From Camelus dromedarius (lineage: Eukaryota), in NCBI RefSeq assembly GCF_036321535.1, contig NC_087440.1:29512001-29576000 (forward strand): 64,000 nucleotides of DNA, written 5' to 3'. The notes under the pieces are model-generated. The model made no database searches, was not told the origin of the DNA, and saw only the letters and a list, made by a program, of their open reading frames with translations. This document shows positions 1-12,360 of this stretch, piece after piece. A program made the position numbers and the translations under genes. Every line of letters starts with the position of its first letter. Position 1 is the first letter of the stretch.

Positions 1-89
1 ACGGCTTCTCGGAAACATGAAGAGCAATAAGGACAATCAGTAACTAGATGATAATGAAACATGGGTAACTTGGCCAAGCCTATTTGCTA

Positions 90-305
90 AGGGAAGAACT
101 ATTGAAATATAAATAAAGTGGAGTTTAGTTAATAATAATGTACCAGTATTGGCTCATTAGTTGTGACAAATGTACCTCATAATGTAAGCAGTTAACACTA
201 AGGGAAATGATGTGAGGTATACAAAAACTGTCCGTACTGTCTTTGCAAATATTCTGTAAATTTAAAACTATCCTAAATTTTAATAAAATATTTAAATTAA
301 AAAAC
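90..305 (+). mobile_element. Old L1 (L1MC-like) 3' end
   Basis: gagtttagttaataataatgtacc...gtactgtctttgcaaatattctgtaaatttaaaactatcc resembles L1MC 3' termini. Confidence 0.6.
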
Positions 306-580
306 AATGATATAAAAACCTTAAACGTATGATGGTAACTAGAACATTTTTTTAAAACTTCAAATGTGATTTTTTTACATAATTTTGAGGACACACATAT
401 CACAAAACATGACATTTCTTATGTCAAGGCTAGTTTCGGTGTGAATGGGTAGTTACTAAGGGTTTAATTGTCATACAGCAGGGGTCTGGGGTCAGAAGCT
501 CTTTCTGTCTGATTCTCTAGGATAAAACAATTGTACAATCTTCTTTCAGCTTTTATTTTCCATTTAACAGAACAATTAGC

Positions 581-810
581 AATGACGGTAACATAACCAG
601 TCAGTGTTTATTGAGTTCTGACCATATGTAGACACACTTTAATTAAGCTTTACAAGTATTATTTTGTTTAGTTTTCCTGACAACCCTGTGAGGCAGATAT
701 TTTAGTGTCCTCATTGTCCAAAGAGATACTGAGAAATTAAGTTGTCCTCTGGTAAGTAGTGAAGCTGGATCATGAGGAGGATGTGTGACTCCAGAGTCCA
801 CACTTTTGAC
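581..810 (-). mobile_element. MIR SINE
   Basis: Degenerate match to the reverse MIR core (tttattgag..acaaccctgtgagg..tgactccagagtcc). Confidence 0.6.
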
Positions 811-959
811 CTCTCTCCTCTACTCCCCCCAGTCATCTGGGCTCACAGATTGTCTTAGAATGCTATTCACCTTCCCCTGGTGGATATTGAGAGACTTTGT
901 AATTAGACATTTGGGTGATCTATTGATGTCTGGGGCAATACCCAAATTGGCAAGATACC

Positions 960-1060
960 TACAACACTGTCAAGCACGCTAGGCACTCAGCAAATAGCTG
1001 TTAAAGAATGGATAATAAGTTAACAATGAATTCATGAATGAGTAATGAATGAATGAATAT
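960..1060 (+). mobile_element. L2 3' tail
   Basis: taggcactcagcaaata followed by (tgaa)n. Confidence 0.55.
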
Positions 1061-3194
1061 TTAAAGATCCAAAAATCACTAAGAGTTATTTATTGAGAAA
1101 CATCTGCCAGGAAATGTTTTCTCCAGATGAGGAGTACATATTGGGATGGCATGCTGATTTCTCACCAATAGCACTTCCTAGTTTCTAGGACTCTTAGAGG
1201 GAGTAATTGAGCAACGGGAAAACCTTCTACTTCCCAAAACTCCCACTAAATGACTCTTTGTAAAACTGTATTGGAGGCTACTTGGGAAGTAACTAGTCAA
1301 TAAATATTCAGGCCATTTCCATGTAGTTTTGCACAATTTACTCAAAGCTGGGACAAGGGAAAGAGGAGGGTGGTAGTATTACAATTTTGGACCACTAACC
1401 CTACAACAACAAATAAAACCCTGCTTTTCCTGACTGTTACTGTCTTCCTTGCTGTGTTATTACTATTATTTCCCCTACTATATTGGCTCATTCACGATGT
1501 GTAGTTTACAGCTAGGCTATAAATGTACATTCTTAGCATGTGCTCTGGAAATGTGAAGTCAATAATTCTCCTGTGATTTCATGAATCAGACTTGTCTTTG
1601 TCTCCTTTCAGTTATTTCAGTGCCCCAAAGGACCCCAAGAGCTGGAAAGAAGGGGCAGACCTACCTCAAATATCTGAGGGACCCAAAGCAAAAGTCCAAA
1701 TAGAAATTTTTAAAAAATAGAGCCCATGTACCATATGACTAAAAGTTGTATATCCAAGTAAAAAATTTAAATGAATTTAAATTTCCTCATACTCAGAAAA
1801 TAATGTTCTTGTACTCTTGTAATTACTTGAAGGCCTGTTTCAAATTTCAGATCAAATTTGAAGTCCATCAGACATGGCATTGTAGAAAGAGCCAGCTTTG
1901 GCCCTCACTCCTAGCCCACCTTTTCTGGTTCCAAATCCCAACACAAGAAGTCTGTCAGGTGCGAATGTGGATTCTGCAGCCCAAATGTCCAAGTTCTGGC
2001 CACACACTTTATACAGTGTCCCTCAGCCTAAAGGAGTATATACAGTGATATGGTCTAACCTCAGGAGGACAGACTTAAAGAAGAAGCTCAGACAGGCTTT
2101 GGAAGTGAGCTCAGGGCATGTGAACCTTGAACTCTGTAGATAATATCAATCACGTACAGTCCCTGAAGAACAGAGATGTTAGCAGCTTATTAATAAAAAT
2201 TTTACTATAGACAATTGATTAAGCAAGCATCAGAGAATTAAAAATGCAAAAGGGAATATCTTGCTTTTCTGAGTATTAATGCTGTCAATCTCAGATATCA
2301 ACAGGACATTTAAAATGATTTCCCAAGCCCTTAAATTTTGCTACGGAAGAGGGACATTAGAAAAAGGGGGTGTTGCAACCAGCTGATACAAAAAGAAAGC
2401 CTGGAGCTTCATGTCCCTGCAGTGTGCCTGGCTGACTCACAGCACCACTAAATCCTTCTGTCAGCCAACACGCTGCTCTGACTGGTGGTTTCTACCTGTC
2501 TGCCCTTCTGGATATTTATTGCAAGCAGCGGGTCTCTGTTGAAGTGTTATGGAGTAAAAGGGAGAGAGGAGACTGTGATCTGTACTAGGAATGCTGCTCA
2601 CTCTCAGTCATCCTCTAAAGAAATCACCCAAGTAGTAGCTTTGTTCTTGGTCTTTGAGAAGTTCTTCTATAGCCATGCATTCACACATACATACAAACAT
2701 ATATACATACATACAGTTTCTTAAATATAAAGTCACTAACTCCCAGCACAAAAATGAAAATCCATTCTTTATTGCAATGTGAAGAAAGCTCTTACATGAT
2801 GAGGGGTATTGCACGTTACCAAGTAAATCCTAGTATTAGGTAGCACTTCAGACATTTTTCCCCTGAGGTTTGTTTTTCAGCTAAGTAATCAGAAAAGCCT
2901 CCCCGCAGCGCTTGATTAGGAAATGAAGTGAACAAATATAAAAATATTCCTGAAAGTCCATCATTATATTATTATTCAGTAAATAGAATAAACACCTTTC
3001 TATGGGCATAAAATGTTGCAAAGAGCCTCATGTCAGAGATAGATAATCTTAAATATAAACTTTTATGTGAATCTTTTTAGGGATCTCCTAGGTCTTGAGA
3101 TCCTATACAGGTATAGTTGAAATAAAGCAAGTAGTCTGTCTAATTGGGATAAATACTATTTCTGGGGAGAAAAAAATTAACTTAGACTAAATTA

Positions 3195-3305
3195 TCTAAG
3201 GTTTCCAGCTTTCTTGGTTAATTACACTTTTTCTAAGTGATCTTGGGCAAGATCACTTTACAAATCTGAGCTGATTTGTAAAAATGAAGTTGAATAACAT
3301 TACCT
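3195..3305 (+). mobile_element. MIR fragment
   Basis: gtgatcttgggcaagatcac..ctgatttgtaaaaatg. Confidence 0.5.
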
Positions 3306-4195
3306 ATTGCTCAAAGCACTTTTGAGACCCAGAGACAGTAACTATGAGTAACTCGAGTACCTCAAGGCCAGGAACCAAGTAGGTGAGCGCTTTAAACCAC
3401 AGCTCATTTCTTTCTTTCTCTTTTCCTTTAGAGTTCAGAGCTCTTACACATTGTGCTCCATGAAGAGACAGCTTGTCAATCACCCCCACTATAATTCAAC
3501 TCAAAGAAAACCTCAGGGTGAAATGGAACGCCCCTTCTGGAGAAGCCTCTGCAGCAGAACACCAAGAGCACCCCCAGACTTCCTTTCCTTCACACATAAG
3601 CTTTGTTAAGAGCCTCTGTTCATTCAGGTAAGTTGCTGATCTTCATTTCTGAAATTTGGCACAATACACAACACAGTTCCTGGGTGAACACTAATACGCA
3701 GAGTGATCAGTGAGGTTTTGTTAGAGAGGCGGCAAGAGGGACTTGCGCTGTTTCAGAAGATACTTGGATGAGACATCAGAAGGAACTTCCAGACACCGGG
3801 GACTAAACCCTGGAGGAGTTGGACACAAAAAGGGGTGTAATATCTTCTTTCATTTGAATGGAGTTTCAAAGAGAAATGAACTGAATAAAAGAAGGCCACT
3901 TATAGACAAAAGGATAGAAGAGTTGATCTTTCAAGGGCTCCTGCTGACCCTAGGACTCGATTAATTCCTGTTATCATTTGTGGACCGGTGAGCACTCCTG
4001 AGTTCCCTGCTTAATATTTAACACCTGAGAAAGCCGCCTGTACCTCCCAACTATGGTCAAGAGCAATGCATTGTAATTCTGATGCTGTCTTCTCTTTTAG
4101 ACCAAAGTCACCAACTTGGTTTTCATGCATGTACTCAGCTACAGATGGAGTTAAGAGTACCCTAAGAAAAGATTTTCTAAATCACCTCTTCCTGT

Positions 4196-5143
4196 TCATT
4201 CTTGGACATGGCAGCAGGATGTCACATGTTTTTTTCTCAGCTTCTTCATGGCTGTCTTCATATCAGCATTTCTGAAGGTGTAGATGAAGGGGTTCAACAT
4301 AGGTGTGATCACTGTGTAGAAGACAGAGAAAACCTTATCCACAGAGAAGCTGCAGAAAGGCCTCAGGTAGATGAACACACACGGCACAAAGATCAGGCTG
4401 ACCACCGTCAGGTGGGAGGCACAGGTAGCGAGCGCCTTGCTCTGGCCCTGGCGGAGGCGAGTTCTCAGGGTAATCAGGATGACCGCATAAGAGATCAGCA
4501 AGACCAAGAAGCAGACAAGGGAGAGCAGACCGCTGTTCGAGACCATCAGCACCTCCACCACATACGTGTCCATGCAGGCCAGCTTGATGACCTGTGGGAC
4601 ATCACAGTAGAAGTTGTCCAGTTCATTGAGGCCACAGAAGGGCAGCTGAATGACCAGTGTGACCTGTGTGATGGAGTGGACGAAGCCCCCACACCAGCAG
4701 GCAAAAACCAACTGAAAGCAGAGCTGGCGGTTCATGACTGCCAGGTAGTGCAAAGGACTGCATATGGCAACATACCTATCGTAGGCCATGACGGTCAGCA
4801 CAAACATCTCACTGGCTCCCAGAAAGTGCAGGAAGTAAATCTGGGCCAGGCACCCGGAAAAAGAGATGATCTTGCCCTCCTGTAGGAAATCTCCTAACAT
4901 CTTGGGCACAGTAACACAGCTCAGGCATAGGTCAATGAAGGACAGATGGCCCAAAAAATAGTACATAGGCGACTGGAGCAGGTGAGTGTCGGCTCGCACT
5001 GTTACCATTATCAAGAGGTTTCCCAGGACAGTAGCCACATGAAACAACAAAAATATTAAGAAGAGAAAGAGCTGCAGCTCCCAGGAGGATGACAGGCCCA
5101 GAAGAACAAATTCTGTCACCTTAGAATCATTTTCTTTTTTCAT
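4196..5143 (-). CDS. OR4Q3: Olfactory receptor OR4Q3 ortholog, intact, 315 aa
   Basis: OR motifs SPMYYFL, MAYDRYVAIC, KALATCASH, PMLNPFIY. Very close to human OR4Q3 as I recall it (MKKE..TEFVLLGLSSSWELQLF, HLLQSPMYYFLGHLSFIDLCLSCVTVPKMLGDF). The ORF track begins at a TTG (5146); the true ATG is 5143-5141. Confidence 0.93.
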   Translation of the reverse strand: MKKENDSKVTEFVLLGLSSSWELQLFLFLIFLLFHVATVLGNLLIMVTVRADTHLLQSPMYYFLGHLSFIDLCLSCVTVPKMLGDFLQEGKIISFSGCLAQIYFLHFLGASEMFVLTVMAYDRYVAICSPLHYLAVMNRQLCFQLVFACWCGGFVHSITQVTLVIQLPFCGLNELDNFYCDVPQVIKLACMDTYVVEVLMVSNSGLLSLVCFLVLLISYAVILITLRTRLRQGQSKALATCASHLTVVSLIFVPCVFIYLRPFCSFSVDKVFSVFYTVITPMLNPFIYTFRNADMKTAMKKLRKKHVTSCCHVQE

Positions 5144-5159
5144 CAAGTCAAGAATACCA

Positions 5160-5185
5160 AGTGACCTAGAGAAAGAAGAGTAAAA
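5160..5185 (-). promoter_or_regulatory. Splice acceptor of the OR4Q3 coding exon
   Basis: Minus strand ttttactcttctttctctag|gtcac; AG at 5167-5166, 22 nt upstream of the ATG; typical OR layout. Confidence 0.7.
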
Positions 5186-5382
5186 TTGGGATGTGGGAGG
5201 TTTAAGTTAGACAAAAGGCAAAAATATATGAGTTATCAGATTCTGGGTGTGGTGTTATAGAGTCATTTTTCAAGATGAAAAAACTTAAGAAAGTTCTGTG
5301 AAGTAGATTAATTAAGAATGTATAAAATTAATCCAGATTACTGCAAGACATTTTTAAGCCCTAGTCTATGATCTACCTCTTT

Positions 5383-5497
5383 TTAATTTTATTTTGTATT
5401 GGTTTATAACATTATATAAGTTTTATGTATACAACATTATATTTCAAATTCTGTATACACTACAGTGTACTCATCTCCAAACGTTTAGTTTCCATCT
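5383..5497 (-). mobile_element. Short 5'-truncated L1 3' end with a perfect 14-bp TSD
   Basis: TSD tgatctacctcttt at 5369-5382 and 5498-5511, followed by aaag (L1 endonuclease-type site). Confidence 0.75.
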
Positions 5498-5937
5498 TGA
5501 TCTACCTCTTTAAAGTAATATTTAACATTGGGAGACTTCAGTACAATAAGTGTTTTTGTATAGTTTCTAGGAGGTTAGTGTAATAGGATTTGACTAATTG
5601 TCAAATATCAACACCTTTAAATTTCGTAGGACAAAAACAGGCAATCCTGTGTCTTAGTTATTTGAGTTGTAGTTAAGGTATACACTGAATTCTGGTCATT
5701 CATGGATTTTCTTACAGACTCAAGAAATTTTCTGCCTTCAGATAATAGGAAAACATAATGTCACCAAATATGGCAAGTTCGCTTTCAGGGTTAATAAAAT
5801 TGCTGTGTTTAGTAGAAATATTTCTGACTTCTACATTTCTGAAGTCTCTGATCACAACAAGAAATTTAGCCTCTGAATATTCTGTGAGAAATGAAAAGAG
5901 CATTGTACCCATCAGCATGAAGGGATGCCCATCTCTT

Positions 5938-6591
5938 TTTTTTTTTTTCTATTTTTAAATTGGATTTTTATTCATATTACATATAATTATGCAATATACA
6001 TTTTATAGTTCACCCTGAACTGATTGCATTATTTTTATTAGGTTTTAAATACCAAAATATATAAAAGCTTCAATGTCAGAAATAAACTTGAATGCTATAT
6101 GTATTTTTTTCTTTTTTTCATATTAAAGCTTTTATTTATACTTACTATTATGATTAGCGTTATTAAATCCTTCTTTCATCATTTTTTAAAACATTTTTTA
6201 TTGAGTTACAGTCATTTTAAAATGTTGTGTCAAATTCCAGTGTAGAGCACAATTTTTCAGTTATATATGAACATACAAATATTCAGTGTCACTTTTTTTT
6301 TTTTGCTGTGAGCTACCACAAGATCTTGTATATATTTCCCTGTGCTATACAGTATAATCTTGTTAATCTATTCTACATATGCCTGTCAGTATCTATGAAT
6401 TTTGAAATCCCAATCTGTCCCTTCCCACCCCCTGCCCCCTTGGCAACCACAAGTTTGTATTCTATGTCTATGAGTCTGTTTCTGCTTTGTATTTATGTTC
6501 CTTTTTTTAGATTCCACATATAAGCGATCTCATATGGTATTTTTCTTTCTCTTCCTGGCTTACTTCACTTAGAATGACATTCTCCAGGAAC
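5938..6591 (-). mobile_element. Young camelid-type L1 3' end (about 6181-6591) plus about 240 bp of 3'-transduced sequence
   Basis: 18-bp TSD aagggatgc[c/a]catctctt at 5920-5937 and 6592-6609; poly(T) 5936-5948; L1 part nearly identical to 51350-51740. Confidence 0.8.
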
Positions 6592-7914
6592 AAGGGATGC
6601 ACATCTCTTAAAACCACCTTCTACCACAGCATAGTTACCCAAGCCAGACCGCTGCTGGGGCCTGGGAAGCAACATTCAAACATGCCAGCTCCATTAGCAC
6701 ATTCCTTGCTGTAGAATCAGACCCTACGAAGTATATCATGTTTCACATCCTAAGAAAAACCGAAGAATCTGCAAAAGTCCATTTTAAATATTTTTAATTA
6801 TTTTGGCAAAATGATTCAAAAGAATTGAAAGTGCTTAAAAAGAAATTAAAATCTTTATGGAAGGACCCAATGCAGTAAGGAGAGAAGAGGACAAAATCAA
6901 GCTCCTTAAATAATCAAGGGCTATTTATGGACACCTGGGCAGCTATTCTCTAGATTTCCTAAGCAGGGAACCACGGAGGTCTACGTGGAAAATACCACCA
7001 AAGGGAGTAAAGTTCTCCTTGTGGGAATTGTGGAGTTTTTTCCAAACAATGTAGTGTATTATACTTTGCCATTTGTCTATCTTTGTATTGAACTAAAAGC
7101 ATTCTCAGAGGAAGAAACTTGACCATACGATGGAGAATGACTTGCTAGCGGGAGTTTAAATGCCATGTGAACTTCTTTTGGAGGTAACGGGTATGTTTTC
7201 TAATTTCTTCTGAAACACCAAGAAATGGACTCCATTCATTGGAGATGGCACCCATGATGGTATCCCTACTGAGAAGGGCAAATCTTTCTGCTCCAGACAT
7301 TTGGGCTTTGTTTGAAATACTGCATTTTAAATTGCATTGGGAGAAAGTGAATATTTAGCAAAAAGTAACTGAAATAATTCAAGAACTGGAAAATCGATTG
7401 TAGGAGGGACTATGGTAGAATAAGGTAGGCTTAAGACAGTACTGCCATGAATCCAGTGCCTTCTGTTACATAAAACTGATCTTGCCTTATTCAAACCTTG
7501 TAATCACCTTACAAGATACTACCAAACCTAGAATTCACTGATACTGGGGGAATTTCATTATTCTGTGAATGATTCTAAGTGTATAAACCTAGAACAACAA
7601 AACTCAAATGATTCCTTGAATTTAAAAATGATAAATATCAGTGTATAGAAAAAAGGAGTATGAACAACAGGAGGTATAAAAATGGTTTCAAAGCCAGAAA
7701 GAGAAGCAAGGAAGGGGAGTAGAACTTTGAATAAACATCTGAGAAACTTACATCCTTGCACACCAGGAACTATGTGGATTCAAAGAAGGAACATGTTACC
7801 CTGCTATTCACCCCACCAGCCACTTCTTCATAGTCTCAGGCCAGCAAAATGGGAAATTCTCAGATGACCATCAAAGTTGCCCAGTCTGTGCACTAACAGC
7901 TTCCTTATAAGTCA

Positions 7915-8145
7915 AGCCCTAATTGAGGGCTGGCTGTGAGGTTGGAAAGATCTCCTGCCCCGAGGGCTCTTGGCTATTATCTAAGGCTTTTACGCTCCTT
8001 ATGCCACCACTCAGCCTAATGAGCCCTGGGATTCCCTAGGCTGCTGTTTAAGTTGTCTGAATCTCCATCCCTGCTAGAAAACTGACCAGGGGCTTTCAAG
8101 ACTCTGAAACAATCAGACCATATTGCACAACGCATCATACTTACC
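7915..8145. promoter_or_regulatory. Candidate OR promoter/enhancer (homeodomain plus O/E-like sites) with a minus-strand splice donor
   Basis: TAATTG 7920-7925; CCCgaGGG 7959-7966; TAATGA 8017-8022 directly followed by gCCCTGGGA and tCCCTAGG; minus-strand TG|GTAAGT at 8144. Confidence 0.4.
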
Positions 8146-11124
8146 ACATCTCTGAGATCCTATGAATAGTAAATACTAAGTTAAACAAAATTACACCCTT
8201 CTAGAGTTAGATGAGCCTTAGATGGGCTTGTTACACAACATTTTTAACATGATATGAAAAGGTCACATTTATACTTGGATTTCACTTTAGGATAAGGATG
8301 GGAAGTAAAGCCTACCAGCAGGATAATATTAGACAGTTCTGTTTTGCAAAAGGAGTTCTCGTGACAGTCCAGTTGTTTGAGTTTTCCCTTCTACTGCAAA
8401 GTGACAGCTCAAGGGAAAGATGAGATGCACACTGGTGGGTATAGGATCCACCTTGGCTTAGAAGATGCAGGCACCATAAGGGTCAGTGTCTCCCGTCACA
8501 ACTGCATCAGCACAGCTTCCAGGGTCCGTACAAGGGACATGCCCAGTCATCAGAGTCACGGCTCTAGGAGTGCCCAGACCCATGGCTTCTCACTAAGGAT
8601 TAACTGATCATTAATCATCTTACTCCAGATAAAAATTTATCCAATCATTTTTATCTTAAGAAATATTTCCTAGTAAAATAGTTGACATTCCACCATTTTT
8701 AGATTTTCAGTGAACAGAGCTAAGAAATTAACCCCAAATAAAATTTATTTAGAAAAAAACTATCGCAGTTACTTTAAACTAAGGAAAATAAAGTTTACTT
8801 TCCCTCAGATGCCTTTAACTTTCTGTTCCATCTCAAGTTTTGTCTTTTATCATTTTATTTCACATCCTGACACAACCAGACATTTATGTTTTAAGATAAA
8901 TTACTCTTCTTTGCTCATAATAAATAAAAACGTATCCATTATCTTGCATACACATTTGTACTTCCTTGCCACTCAGCGAGTAGAGTCTCAACCACCCATA
9001 TTAATTACAACTGTTAACCAAAGAAAAAGAGGAGATTGATACTCAAGAATTTCTGTCACACACAAGCATCTCAGCAGATGAGCAGTGAGCACACATTTTA
9101 GGAATGCATACAGTCACAGACATCACTTTTTGTTTCTTAAAGAGGTAAAAATAAACATACCTTAACATGGTCTAAAGGTAGCCAAACACCCTCTCAAACT
9201 GTTATCTGATAGTCATTCTACAATATAAAAATAGGAGGCAAATTAAAACTATGCCTGATAATCAATGTTTTCTTATCCTATCTTATTAAAAATTATCTAA
9301 GGTATCCAAAGATTTTTTCATTAATTATTAATTTAGTATTAGTCCATGGTCTTAAAGTTAACAAAGATATTGGAAATTACATATATGATGACATATTACA
9401 GAGCCACACAATGACAGATGATAACAAAAACATCTTCCAGAAATAAAATTCAATTTAATTGAACACATAATTTTACATTCTTAATAATGCTAAACATTAG
9501 AAGTAATGTCAGCTCATCTGATCAGTGAAACCAGTATAGCAAGTTTATTAAGTTCAGATTAACTAGTTCTTCTATGTGAAAACAAAGTCTTACCCCCCCC
9601 CCAAAAGCACACTTGCATTATATTCCGAACTTCTAAAATGAGGAAGAAAAACAAACCACTCTTTCTAAACCAAAATGACCACACCACTCTGATTTGTCCA
9701 GCAGTTTATTCTGAATACCTGAACTTGGATTCTTACATAGAAATGCTCTGAGCTAGAAGTTTTCTTTAGAAGTTTGTTTTTCTTAAAAGGCTAACACATT
9801 TAGTTTATAAATTCAATTCCTCTCTTCTCTGGAAGTTCCCTTATTTTAAATTTATGGAAGCATTTATTATTCTCTATAACTAATTGGAATTATATCTCTG
9901 TTAAATTGAAGACATTTTATTATCTGATTTATGAGTTTCTTCTTGGAGTAAGAAAATAGTTGACATTCATGTAAGGAGGATAAAATATTTTATAATTTTT
10001 AGATACACAGAGAATGTTCACCTTCAGTTTATAAATTTGAAGGTTAAAACAATTATGAACACAGATAACCTGTGAACACTCCTACAGAAAAAAATAAACA
10101 AAAAATGAACAGTGCAGGGAGGCACTCTCTTGGAAATGCATATTTATTTAATTTAAAAAAAAATGTTACCCATTGTTCAGGTAAAACATGTACAGACCAG
10201 ACGGCTCTGGCCCCCACTATTTCCCATTCACTCTGAAATTCAGAGCCCCCAGCATAAGAATCATGGAGAGATGCCTGCAAGTCTATTTCTCTACTTCACT
10301 TTTTGAAGCTTGCGCAGACTTCCAGATGCAAATACTGGACACACAGAGAGGATCTCAGTCTCTAATGGGAGAAAGAGATGACAGCCAGAGGTTTGCCCTG
10401 GCGACAGTACTGCTTCCATGACCTCTCACCAAAATAGATCACATCTTCCAGATTCTTGTCTGAAATATAATGCCCAAGAAAGGGGCCCTTATCTGTCTCC
10501 AAGTAGCAAACAGTCTTGACATATAGATACAGATCTTTCTAACTTTTGAAAAATAAATATATTTTAGACAGATAAATGACTAGCAATCTTTGACACATAA
10601 CTGTGAAAATGAAACTCATCTAGTTCTTCTGATTAATTATAAAACCTCTAGAATCAGACAAGTCAAGGAGACAAAAAAGATCTCAAAGGCAAACTTTTTG
10701 TGATGTTTCTTGATCCAAGGGCTCCTCTTGATCCAGTGCCGACTTTTTCAGACAAGCAGATCTTGACAGTTTCACGAGATGGGCTTGTTATATTATTCTT
10801 TTATTCTCATCTTTGTCTCATTTCCAAGTTTCTTATAAAATTTCTTAGTATAGCAATATCTAATTATATTGGTGTTTGTAAATTTATTGTCATCAGCAGG
10901 AAAACGTTTCTGAGCAACATCTCTGTAAGGAATGTGAAATGTTACAGTGCATACTTTCCAACTGCACCTAAAAGAACAGAATACACATATGAAAATTTTG
11001 TAAAAAACAATAGAAGGCAATTTTGTAAATGCTAAAAGAAGGCCTTGAACATCATTTCTCAAACTATATTCTATACAATATTAATCCTGGAGTTGCTCTG
11101 AGAAAAAAAATGAAAATGAAAACA

Positions 11125-11310
11125 AATCCTCTGGGTTCAAATAAGTTTGGAAATCACTTCACCACAGTATGTCATTTAGGAGAGTCATTATGCATCTTAA
11201 CATAGCAAAGGCTCTGAGACACCCTAGAGGAAACCAGACCTATTTAACTTTATTTAAACTAGCATTTGTCATATTTATTTTAACGCCAACCTCCTTTCCC
11301 TAATGCCTGT
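11125..11310. mobile_element. hAT-Charlie-type DNA transposon remnant (Charlie4z-like)
   Basis: caaataagtttggaaat..aaaggctctgaga..cctatttaactttatttaa; subfamily name from memory. Confidence 0.45.
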
Positions 11311-11344
11311 TAATATCTCATGGAAATGGACTTACAAGAATATG

Positions 11345-12360
11345 TATTTTCATTCAACAAACATTTATTGAACTGCAAATATATGCTAGGCCCTGTGCTA
11401 ATGGTTACAGTAATTGTGGTTTTGAACAGGGTAGAAGAGGCGCCATCCTTCATGGAGTAAATATTCTAATATAGAAGATAGACAATGCACAAAATAATTG
11501 CAGATTTTGATAACTGTTATGAATGAATAAAATAGGGTAACATGAGAGCAAGTGAGAGGGGCCAACTTTAGATGTCGTGGTGACAAAAATACCATGGACA
11601 AGGGGGAGTATGGCATAAATTGGAATAGGTAGAATTCAGAACCTTCAGAGTCTTATAGGTCATGGTGAGGAGTTTTAACTTTATTGTAAGAAGAGTGAAA
11701 AGAATTTGAAAGAATTTTTTTAAGTTACTGAAATTATTTTTTAAATATTCGTATACAATTACTCTGGAAGGATCAAATAGGGGAAAAAGGAAAGCAGGTA
11801 ACAGCAAGACTGTTTGCTACTTGGAGACTGATAAGGACCCCTTTCTTGGGCAAAAAAGACTGATAATAGCTTCCACCAGTGCGTTGTCAAAGGAAATAGG
11901 CATAAACGGATAGATTAGATATTTTTACAAGATTAGTCATTTTTAAGCATGGGCTAATGTGAAAGCAGTAGAAATGAAGAGTAATGGACAGACTAAAATA
12001 AAATTTAAGCAATAGAAGTGACAAGGATTGCCTTAATTCTAGGAGTGGAAAACTAAATTGTTTAGAATGACTATCATCAGAAAAAAAGACTGATAAAAAA
12101 ACATCAAAAAGCTAACAAGATAGAGGTAAACAACACTGTTGGATTCTTTGGGTAATTCAGAACCAAGAGAGGTAAGCAATACACTGGAGCACCAAACCTT
12201 TATTTTCCCTGAGAGCATTCCTAATTGTGGCAAATTTGGGATTCGTTTCAGTAGTTTTGCAAAGACAGAAGTTAGGGTCTTCTCCAGGTGGGGTCCTTAT
12301 AGGGAGATACTCTTCATCTCAAGCTGGGACACAAAGAGCTATAGCTTCAGGATAAGTGGA
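11345..12360 (-). mobile_element. L2 remnant
   Basis: ttcattcaacaaacatttattga tail and typical L2 body (cttataggtcatggtgaggagttttaactttatt). Confidence 0.6.

Noticed and set aside
4202-4885. 227-aa plus-strand ORF
   Set aside because: Antisense shadow of OR4Q3; OR codon usage often leaves the opposite strand open, and no protein family is recognisable.
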